Assembly (NCBI GenBank): GCA_963783385.1
Contig: CAWANJ010000009.1
Span: 64,001-128,000, forward strand
Length of the DNA stretch: 64,000 nucleotides
Source: an uncultured Gemmatimonadales bacterium
GTDB taxonomy: Bacteria > Gemmatimonadota > Gemmatimonadetes > Palauibacterales > Palauibacteraceae
Direction: 5' to 3'
Each line of letters starts with the position of its first letter. The first letter of the stretch is position 1. The notes beneath the pieces are model-generated. The model had not been told where the DNA came from. It made no database searches and saw nothing but the letters and a program-made list of their open reading frames with translations. Of the stretch, positions 1-7,434 are shown one piece after another. Both the position numbers and the translations under genes were made by a program.

Positions 1-99
1 ACGGGCGGCCGTGGTGCCCTCGGGCACCGACCTCCGCACGCCCTCGGGCGTGATCTCGAACGCCCACGCGAGGATCAGAGCGACCGGGAACAGGATCCC
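1..99 (-). pseudogene. N-terminally truncated TolB-like/TPR membrane protein paralog, runs off the window edge
   Basis: The minus strand reads GILFPVALILAWAFEITPEGVRRSVPEG, 17/24 identical to FLPVSLVIAWAFEVTPEGVRRTVP in the 7435-9573 gene. The expected N-terminal TM segment is missing upstream of about 100. Confidence 0.7.
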
Positions 100-101
100 G
101 C

Positions 102-299
102 GTGCCGCCGGCCGACACGGCCATGCGGGCCATGGGGAAGACCTACGAGCCCCACGTGTTCGAGGGGGCGGGGCACGGGTTCCTGCGGGCGCAGGAGGGC
201 CGCGACGGGGCGAACATGAAGGCCACCGAGCAGGCGTGGCCGCTCACGGTCGGCTGGTTCAGGAAGTACCTGGAGGGCGGGGCGGCCGAGGGGGGCTGA
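102..299 (+). pseudogene. C-terminal fragment of a dienelactone hydrolase family protein
   Basis: GKTYEPHVFEGAGHGFLR...AWPLTVGWF is the C-terminal catalytic-His motif of this family. An in-frame TGA at 51-53 removes the N-terminal part. Confidence 0.75.
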
Positions 300-359
300 G
301 CTCCCGCAGCTTCCCCCGGGCGCAGAGGAGGATCGGCCGGCGGGCTCGCCCCCTCGCGG

Positions 360-779
360 CTACGAGCCCCGGCGGCCTCTCCGTCCGGACCCCGACCGCA
401 GGCCCTCGCCGATCCGGTAGCGCGCGGCGAAGTCCTGGTCCACTCGGAACAGGCCGCCGAAGTCCTCGATCCGGTCGTCGTCACCCAGGGAGACGGTGCC
501 GTACGCAACCAGCTCGGACACGATGCGGCCGATGTCCTCGGACGCGTGGATCCCCCAGCTCTCCAGCACCGCGTCTCCGAGGGACCCGAAGTGCCGGGCG
601 GCCAGCTCGAGCACGCCCTCGGCGCAATCACGGGCCGTCAGATTCCGGTGCTCCGGCAGGTGGGAGACGGTGACCGACAGGCTCTCGTTGACGAGGGCGT
701 AGGCACGGGGATCGTAGCGGTGACGCTCGACGCGTCGCCGCCGGGGCTGGCGCTTTCGCTTCGCGGTCTGCTCGTTCAT
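360..779 (-). CDS. Minf_1886 family protein
   Basis: RYDPRAY, HFGSLGDAVLESWGI, EDIGRIV and DDRIEDF motifs. ATG at 779 (MNEQ). Confidence 0.75.
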   Translation of the reverse strand: MNEQTAKRKRQPRRRRVERHRYDPRAYALVNESLSVTVSHLPEHRNLTARDCAEGVLELAARHFGSLGDAVLESWGIHASEDIGRIVSELVAYGTVSLGDDDRIEDFGGLFRVDQDFAARYRIGEGLRSGSGRRGRRGS

Positions 780-1059
780 GATCGCCCCGCGGTCGGGAGT
801 CGGTCCGGACGTGGCGAGGATCGCCCGTCCACGACGCCACGTGGATCGCATCCGGCGTTCCGACAGGCGGCGGACGGGCGGACGATGGGATAAGTGCAGG
901 AAAGGGCTAAGGTTGGGGAGCGGGCAGTCGAGGGAGGCCTGCGGGAGGTTAGGTCGCCGCTCCCCTCATTCTGCGGGAGACGTGCATTCTGCGGCGGGAG
1001 GGGCGGCGGGCGCGGCTTCCCGAATGCGGCCTCGCGAGCCCGTTGGCCGCCGTCTCCCC

Positions 1060-1915
1060 TCACACCCCCAGCGCCTCCAGCCACAGCCGCCGGACCTCGC
1101 TGGCCCCACGGGCCGCGGGCTCGATCACCAGGTGACGCCAGTACCAGCGGGCGGCCGGGTCGGGCTCGGTGAGGCCGTGGCCGAGGAAGTGGTCGTGGAT
1201 GGGGATGACGGTCGCCCGCGCTTCGCCTGCGACCGCCTCCACGCGGCGGTTGAAGGAGGCGAGCGCCTCGAGCTCGCGCGGGCGGCTCACGCCGTCTCCC
1301 AGGTCGCCAGTCCCGTCGCTCGGATCGTAGACCGTTCCGACGAGCAGCGTCGCGGCGGGGAAACGGGTGCGGAGGTCGGCCACCACCCGCTCCAGGGTGT
1401 GGGCCGCCTCCTCGACCAGCGCCGGCGGCCGGATCCCGGGCGCCGGGGGCGGGCCCGGCTGATCCCATGTCGAGGAGGCCCACCAGGTCGTTCCCCCCGG
1501 CCGTGAGCGTGACCAGGACGGGCCCCTCGATCTCCTCCGGGATGCGCGGGAGCTGGAGGCGGAGCACGCTGGCCGTGGTGGCGCCGTCCTCGGTCAGGTC
1601 CACGCGCCGGATCCCGGGGCACAGCGAGGTCAGGTCGCGGCCCGCGAACGCCGGCCAGCGCCGGTCGTCGTTCCGGTGGAGGAGGGAGGCGGCGCCGAGG
1701 CCCGGAGGCATGTTCGAGAGCCCCTCGCGCTCGGCGGCGTCCAGTCCCGGATACAGGTCGATGGACATGCTGTCCCCAAGGGACAGGTAGGTGTGGAAGG
1801 CGGGAAGGGGGCGGAGTTCCTCCGCGGCGTCCTGCCGCCGGCCGAACGCCTCCCGGCCGCCCTCGCGCACCTGCGCCAGGAGGTGGGTGACCGTGCTGGC
1901 GCGAGACTCAGCCAT
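1060..1915 (-). CDS. SGNH/GDSL hydrolase, frameshifted near 1425-1465, with an ECF-sigma-like N-terminal 33 aa
   Basis: LGDSMS (block I) and TAGGNDL (block III) lie in ORF 776-1915. The C-terminal half (TVYDPSDG, HFLGHG, IEP..RGASEVRRLW) is in ORF 1060-1386. Confidence 0.75.
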
Positions 1916-2209
1916 CGACCCGGGAAGGAATCAAGCGATCTCCTCCGTTTCGGCTCGCTCCTCGCCCCAAGCGAGCGCGCCGGGCCATGGCGGTCAAGCG
2001 CCGCGCCGGGTGGGAATCGAAAAGCTCGGTGCGGATCGTGGGCTTCCGGACCTGGCTCGCGACCGTTCGGCCCGGGACGTCCGGGGTTGACGCGACACAA
2101 TGCCGGAAGGTTAGGTGGGACTCAAGTCGTGCAGTAGCGATGGGATATCCACTGCACATCCGAGTGAACCAGGCCCCGCGAGGACGAGGCCGACTTCCGG
2201 GAGGAACCC

Positions 2210-2263
2210 ATGGCTACGGACTGGACGGTCGACGTCAAGAAGTACGCGAAGAAGCCCGACCCG
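2210..2263 (+). pseudogene. N-terminal remnant of a DUF2853-like protein
   Basis: GGAGG RBS followed by MATDWTVDVKKYAKKPD, which resembles DUF2853 N-termini. It is cut off by repeat R1 at 2264. Confidence 0.55.
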
Positions 2264-2337
2264 GGGATAGGAATTTCGAGCGGCCTTCTGCCTACGAGGC
2301 AGGCGCTTCAATGGCAGAGTAGAAGGGCGTGGTCCGC
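2264..2337 (-). repeat. Promoter-bearing repeat R1, copy a (degenerate, -35 lost)
   Basis: 67/74 identical and ungapped against 5660-5733. Confidence 0.9.
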
Positions 2338-2541
2338 AGTCCCGGAGGGGGGCTCCTCCACCGCCAAGCGGGGTAGAATGACCAACGCCGAGGGGTCGCC
2401 GCAGTCCTTCTCCAGCCTCCCGGCGGGGACGGCCCCCTGGAGGCGGATGTCCTGGAGGGGGCGGGCCTCCGCTATCATTCGCAGTCCACACACCTCGCGC
2501 CGCGACCCGGCCGTCGTCTCGACGGCCCTCCAGGAGAGCCC

Positions 2542-3156
2542 TTGGCCCCCGACGACTGCCCTACCCTCGATACGGCCCTGCGGACCAAGCTGGCGAAGCT
2601 CAGCGACGAGGGGCGGGAGACCTGGACCCGCTTCGATCGCGAAGTCCGCAGCCGCCGCTGGCACCCCTTCATGCCCGCCGACTACGAGAAGGTCCTCCAG
2701 GCGCTGATAGCCCTGAGGAGGCCGGGGCTCCGCTTCCTGGAGTGGGGATCGGCCACGGGCGTCGTCGCCATCATGGCCGACCTCCTGGGCTACGAAGCGT
2801 ACGGCATCGAGCTGGACGAGGACCTCGTGGCAATCTCTCTCGAGATGGCCCGCCAGTACGGCTCCGGCGCCCGCTTCGTCGCGGGCAGCCTCCTGCCCAC
2901 CGGCTACACGTGGCGGCCCCACGACGGCGACGGGCGGCTGGGGACGGTGGGCGAGGGCGCGTCGGGCTACCCGAGGCTCGGGCTCTCCCTGGACGACTTC
3001 GACGTGGTGTACGCGTATCCCTGGGGCGGGGAGGAGGCCATGATGCACGACCTCATGCGGGCCCGGGGCGCCCGAGATGCGGACCTCCTCCTGCAGAAGT
3101 CCTCGGGAGACGTCGAGTCCTTCAGGAACGGGAAGCCCCGCAGGTGGCCGGGTTAA
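2542..3156 (+). CDS. Class I SAM-dependent methyltransferase
   Basis: RFLEWGSATG (motif I), AYGIELD and FDVVYAYPW. Confidence 0.85.
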   Translation: MAPDDCPTLDTALRTKLAKLSDEGRETWTRFDREVRSRRWHPFMPADYEKVLQALIALRRPGLRFLEWGSATGVVAIMADLLGYEAYGIELDEDLVAISLEMARQYGSGARFVAGSLLPTGYTWRPHDGDGRLGTVGEGASGYPRLGLSLDDFDVVYAYPWGGEEAMMHDLMRARGARDADLLLQKSSGDVESFRNGKPRRWPG

Positions 3157-3186
3157 CCCTCGGGGGCCTGGCCCTCCAACGCGGCT

Positions 3187-3243
3187 GTCCCGGGTGATCC
3201 GCACCGCCTCCTCCGCGCCGAGCCGGGTCTGGCGGTCGAGCTC
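3187..3243 (-). pseudogene. Short remnant of a Ser/Thr kinase paralog
   Basis: ELDRQTRLGAEEAVRITRD is 9/19 identical to RLEREKRLPVEDAVKLGRD in the adjacent kinase. Confidence 0.45.
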
Positions 3244-3276
3244 ATGCGCGGCTCGCGATCAGGCTTCGTCCCCCAC

Positions 3277-5445
3277 CTACGAGAGCTTCTGCAGTACCGC
3301 CTGGAACCGGGGATCACCATGGAGCGAGGCCAGGTCGGCGTCGTTCTCGACCCACCCGCGCAATCCGAATCCCAGGTTCACCGCCTTCTCCAGGCAGTCG
3401 AGCGCCTCGTCCCGCTCGCCCTGTACGGCAAAGAAGCACGCGGTGTTGTAGAGCAGTCCCGAATCCTCGGGGTCGGCCGCCAGCGCCCGCCGAGCCCATT
3501 CAAGACCAAGCTCCTTCTGCCCTCGGCGGGCCAATGCGACCGCACCCAGGTTGAGCGCCCGTGCATCCTCGGGGTTGAGTTCGAGGTGACGCTCGGTCAA
3601 CTGGAGCGTTCGGACATAGATCGCATCGCTTTCCGACCTGCGGCCCAGGCCCTCGAGGCACATGGCGAGAAAGTTGTGGGCGAGATAGTCATCCGGGCGG
3701 AGCCGGCATGCTTCCTCGAACTCCGTGACCGCCCGCGCGAGCTTCCCTTGTTGCAGGAGCGCCCGGCCGTAGAAGTAGTGCGCCTCGAACAGCTTCGCGC
3801 TGAGGCGAATCGCGGTCTCGAACTCCCGGTTCGCCTCGTCGAACTGCTTGGCAAACGCGAGCGCCAGGCCGCGGGAGGCGTGTACCTCGGCCAGCTCCGG
3901 GTCCAGCTCGATCGCCTTCCGGCTGGCCGAGTCGGCCCGTTCCAGGTGCGCCGCGCTGGCGTCCCAGTAGGTGTAGATGAACGCGGAGCAATCGGCGATG
4001 CCCGCGTGGGCCAGCGCGTAGTCGGGGTCGATCTGGATGGCGCGCTCGAACATACGCCGCGCGTGTTCGACCCCTTTCCGCCGCCACTGATGGAAGAACT
4101 GCCGGCCCCGGAGGTAGAACTCGTAGGCCTCCACGTTGGCGGTCGGGGCCTTCTCGATGGCGCGCTTGGCCTTGTCACTCAGGACGACGCGCAACGCCTT
4201 GGCGATGCTCTGCGCGATTTCGTCCTGAATCGCGAAGACGTCCTCCATGTCGCGGTCGTACCGTTCGGACCAGACGTGGTAGCCGTCGGCGACGTTGATG
4301 AGCTGGGCGGTGATCCGGAGCTTGTTCCCCGCTTTGCGCACGCTGCCGCCGAGCACGCTGCCCACGTTGAGCTGGCGGCCGATCTCCTGAACGTCCTGTT
4401 CCTTGCCCTTGAAGCCGAACGCCGAGGTTCGCGATGCGACCTGCAGCTCCTCGATCTTCATCAGCGCGTTGATCAGCTCCTCGGCCATCCCCTCACAGAA
4501 GTACTCCTGGTCGCGCTGGGGGCTCATGTCGGCGAACGGGAGCACCGCGATGGACTTGGTTGAATGGGACGCCGGCGCCGCCACCGCGGTGGCGGTGGGT
4601 GGCGTGATCATCTTGGGCGACCCCAGCGCCCGCGCTACCAGCGCCGCGGAGTCGAACCGCTCCGCCGGCTCCCGGGCCAGGGACCTGGTCACCACCAGCT
4701 CCAACTCACCGGTCACCTCCGTCCGCGTCGCCCGCACCGACGGCACCGGGTCGGTGAACCGCTTGGTGATCGACGCCTGCGGCGTCGAGCCCGTGAACGG
4801 GGCGCCGCCGGTCAGCATCTCGAACAGAACGCAGCCCAGGCTGTAGACGTCACTCCGGCCGTCGGGCTCGCTCTCGCCCATGGCCTGCTCCGGACTCATG
4901 TACGCCGGCGTCCCCACCGCCATCCCGGTCTGCGTCATTCGCTGCCCGCCCGCCGCACTCACGGCCTTGGCGATCCCGAAGTCGGTGACGATGGCCTCGC
5001 CCTCGTTGAGCATGACGTTTTCGGGCTTGATGTCCCGGTGCATGACCCCGTGGCGGTGGGCGTAGTCGAGCGCGGCCGCAATGTCCCGGCCCAGCTTCAC
5101 CGCGTCTTCGACGGGGAGTCGCTTCTCCCGTTCGAGGCGGTCCCGCAGCGACTCGCCCTCGACGAAAGGCATGACGTAGTAGAGCAGGGTGTCGGCCTGG
5201 CCGGAGTCGTACAGCGGGAGAATGTGGGGGTGTTGTAGCCGAGCGGCGATCTGGATCTCGCGCAGGAACCGCTCGGACCCCAGGCTGGCGGCCAGCTCGG
5301 GGTGCAGGACCTTGAGGGCCACTTCGCGATTGTGCTTCAGGTCCCGGGCGAGGAACACCGTCGCCATGCCGCCCCGACCGACCTCGCGCTGGACCTCGTA
5401 GCGTCCCGCGAGGGCTGACTGGAGGCGATCCTGTATGGTGGACAT
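3277..5445 (-). CDS. Hanks-type Ser/Thr protein kinase with TolB-like domain and TPR repeats
   Basis: GRGGMATV, VALK, HRDIKPEN, DFG and GTPAYMSPEQ kinase motifs. SIAVLPF and EGMAEELINAL mark the TolB-like domain. The C-terminus is TPR-like. Confidence 0.95.
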   Translation of the reverse strand: MSTIQDRLQSALAGRYEVQREVGRGGMATVFLARDLKHNREVALKVLHPELAASLGSERFLREIQIAARLQHPHILPLYDSGQADTLLYYVMPFVEGESLRDRLEREKRLPVEDAVKLGRDIAAALDYAHRHGVMHRDIKPENVMLNEGEAIVTDFGIAKAVSAAGGQRMTQTGMAVGTPAYMSPEQAMGESEPDGRSDVYSLGCVLFEMLTGGAPFTGSTPQASITKRFTDPVPSVRATRTEVTGELELVVTRSLAREPAERFDSAALVARALGSPKMITPPTATAVAAPASHSTKSIAVLPFADMSPQRDQEYFCEGMAEELINALMKIEELQVASRTSAFGFKGKEQDVQEIGRQLNVGSVLGGSVRKAGNKLRITAQLINVADGYHVWSERYDRDMEDVFAIQDEIAQSIAKALRVVLSDKAKRAIEKAPTANVEAYEFYLRGRQFFHQWRRKGVEHARRMFERAIQIDPDYALAHAGIADCSAFIYTYWDASAAHLERADSASRKAIELDPELAEVHASRGLALAFAKQFDEANREFETAIRLSAKLFEAHYFYGRALLQQGKLARAVTEFEEACRLRPDDYLAHNFLAMCLEGLGRRSESDAIYVRTLQLTERHLELNPEDARALNLGAVALARRGQKELGLEWARRALAADPEDSGLLYNTACFFAVQGERDEALDCLEKAVNLGFGLRGWVENDADLASLHGDPRFQAVLQKLS

Positions 5446-5515
5446 GGACTGACAACCTATTCCCGGAAGTCCGGCATGGCGAGGAATGCGATCCTATACC
5501 GCTGAGCGGAGCCTC

Positions 5516-5605
5516 GAAGCGAGGATGCCCGTGCAGTGAGACCAGGTCCGGGTCGTTCCCGATCCAACCCTCGAGCCCGAATCCACCCTGCACGGCCCGT
5601 TCGAG
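5516..5605 (-). pseudogene. C-terminal remnant of an upstream TPR/kinase paralog
   Basis: LERAVQGGFGLEGWIGNDPDLVSLHGHPRF is 21/30 identical to the C-terminus of the 3277-5445 kinase. Confidence 0.8.
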
Positions 5606-5659
5606 AGCCCTGGCCCGTCCGGCGGTTCCATGCGCGGCGGTCTCGTGCATGGCGCCGAA

Positions 5660-5797
5660 GGGATAGGAACTTCAAGTGGCCTCCTGCCTCCGAGGCAGGC
5701 GCCTCGATGGCAGAGTAGAAGGGCGTGGTCCGCTCGACAAGAGGAAATGGAGAGCCCGAAACAGCCGGTCAGGGGTCATCTCGGCCGCGCGTGAGCG
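5660..5797 (-). repeat. Promoter-bearing repeat R1, copy b (most complete)
   Basis: Aligns with 2264-2337 and 7305-7404. Overlaps the symporter stop codon at 5769-5771. Confidence 0.9.
5673..5740 (-). promoter_or_regulatory. Sigma70-like promoter plus hairpin-overlapped RBS and TTG start inside R1b
   Basis: TTGTCG (5740-5735), 17-nt spacer, TACTCT (5717-5712). AGGAGG (5685-5680) overlaps the CCTGCCTC/GAGGCAGG hairpin. TTG at 5675. Confidence 0.65.
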
Positions 5798-7049
5798 CTG
5801 TCGCGACCTCCATCTCCTCCGCCCCCGCCCAGCGCGCCACCAGCGCGGCCGCCACCATGTCGCCCGTCGCATTCAGCGTCGTCGCGAACACGTCCGGGAT
5901 CGCGTCAACGGCAATGAGGAGGCCGATCCCCTCGATCGGGAGGCCGATGGCCAGGAAGAGGGGCGCCAGCATCAGGAAGCCGCCGCGTGGGACGCCCGGG
6001 CTGGCGGCGGCCAGGAACACAGCCGCCACCCCGACGATGGCCAGGTGGCCCGGGCCCACGGGGATGCCGTAGAACCACCCCACGAACAGCGCCCCCATCG
6101 TCCAGGAGACCGGCGCCGCGACGTGGAAGATGGAGACGGCGAGCGGCAGCACGAAGCCCGTGACGCGCTCGGAGATCCCGAGGCCATCCTCGCACCCCTC
6201 GACCATGACGGGCAGCGTCGCGATCGAGGAGCTGGTGCTGAGGGCGATGAGCTGGGCCGGGAGCGCGGCCCGCGTGAAGCCACCGAAGCCCGTCCGTCCC
6301 GCTCCCGCGGCCACGGGATAGAGGAGCGCGATGACCGTCACGCAGGCCGCCGAGTAGAGGACGATGAATCCGACCACCGCGCCGGCGAGACCCACCCCGG
6401 CGTGGGCCGCGAGGGGCAGGAGGAGCGCGAACACCCCGACCGGCGCGGCCGCCACCACCCAGCGCACCAGCACGAGCATGGCGTCGGCCAGCGCCTCGAA
6501 GAAACCGACGAGGGTGGCGCGGGACCTCGCCGGGCTCCGCGCGATGGCCAGGGCCAGTAGCAGCGTGAACACGATGAGAGGCAACATGGCCCCGTCGGCC
6601 GCCGAGGCCACGGGATTGGTCGGCACGAGCGACACGAGCCAGGCGCCGAAGCCGGTGGGCACCCGACTGGAGGTGACCTGCGCCGCGGCCTCGGCGGCGC
6701 CGGCCGGAAGCGGGGGCCGCGCGCCGATGGCGGGAAGGAGCTTCGCGAGCGCGCCGGCGGCCGGGATGAACACGACGGCGACCGCTGCCAGGAGGCCCAG
6801 GAAGACCAGGAGCGTCCGGCCGCCGATCCGGCCCACGTCGCGGAGATCGGAAACCGAGGCCACGCCCGTCACCAGGAGGGACACGACCAGCGGGATCACG
6901 GTCATACGGATGGCGTTCACCCACAGCGTCCCCACCGGCGCCACCCGGTCGGCGGCGTGGAGGAGGACCGGGCTCCCGGAGGCCGCGATGGCCGCGCCGC
7001 CGGCGATGCCGGCGACCACGGCCCCCGCGACCCAGCCGCTCGACTTCAC
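5769..7049 (-). CDS. Dicarboxylate/amino acid:cation symporter (DAACS/GltP family)
   Basis: IRMTVIPLV, STSSSIATLP, FVLPL and TTLNATGD motifs. Multi-TM. Confidence 0.92.
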   Translation of the reverse strand: MKSSGWVAGAVVAGIAGGAAIAASGSPVLLHAADRVAPVGTLWVNAIRMTVIPLVVSLLVTGVASVSDLRDVGRIGGRTLLVFLGLLAAVAVVFIPAAGALAKLLPAIGARPPLPAGAAEAAAQVTSSRVPTGFGAWLVSLVPTNPVASAADGAMLPLIVFTLLLALAIARSPARSRATLVGFFEALADAMLVLVRWVVAAAPVGVFALLLPLAAHAGVGLAGAVVGFIVLYSAACVTVIALLYPVAAGAGRTGFGGFTRAALPAQLIALSTSSSIATLPVMVEGCEDGLGISERVTGFVLPLAVSIFHVAAPVSWTMGALFVGWFYGIPVGPGHLAIVGVAAVFLAAASPGVPRGGFLMLAPLFLAIGLPIEGIGLLIAVDAIPDVFATTLNATGDMVAAALVARWAGAEEMEVATALTRGRDDP

Positions 7050-7053
7050 GCTG

Positions 7054-7251
7054 TCAGGTCGTCGTGAAGCCCGAGAAGACGAAATGGTACGCCTGGGTCT
7101 GAGCGTCCCAGTCGGCCCGGAAAGCGGTGGGATGCCGGCCCCTGAGCCCGGGCACGCTCGGGATCGGATAGCTGAAGGACTCTTTCTGCAATGGAAGGGC
7201 CTTCGTCAGCATCGGCTCGAGGAAGACGGGTTTGCCGGCGTAGTAGCCGCC
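7054..7251 (-). pseudogene. C-terminal remnant of a DUF5602/TTHB210-like protein
   Basis: Reads GYYAGKPVFLEPMLTKAL...HPTAFRADWDAQTQAYHFVFSGF*. There is an in-frame TAA upstream and no start. The stop lies 4 nt before the symporter GTG. Confidence 0.6.
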
Positions 7252-7304
7252 CGCCGGCCCAATGACAGGTCTGCCGATTTACATCGTGAGTCCAGCGGGC
7301 ATCA

Positions 7305-7404
7305 AGGCAGGCGCTCCGATGGCAGAGTAGATCGGCGTGGTCCGCTCGGCAAACGGAGAGCCCGAAAGAGCCGGTCAGGGGTCACCTCGGCCCCACGGGG
7401 GCGC
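7305..7404 (-). repeat. Promoter-bearing repeat R1, copy c
   Basis: Matches 5693-5797. Retains TTGCCG (7352-7347), 17-nt spacer, TACTCT (7329-7324). Confidence 0.85.
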
Positions 7405-7434
7405 AACGAGCGCGGGTCCCGTCGGGGAGGCGCC

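Noticed and set aside
967-994. Direct repeat CATTCTGCGG x2 in the intergenic region
   Set aside because: Only 10 bp and two copies at 18-bp spacing, with no further support for a function.
947-3160. GTTAGGT at 948 and 2110 and GGTTAACC at 3151 as integron attC cores
   Set aside because: No paired RYYYAAC with a stem at gene ends and no integron integrase. The first two read TAACCT on the minus strand and are more likely -10 elements.
2264-7404. Repeat R1 as a CRISPR repeat, group II intron end or MITE
   Set aside because: Copies are kilobases apart with no spacers or cas genes. There is no domain V AGC/CGC hairpin and no terminal inverted repeats.
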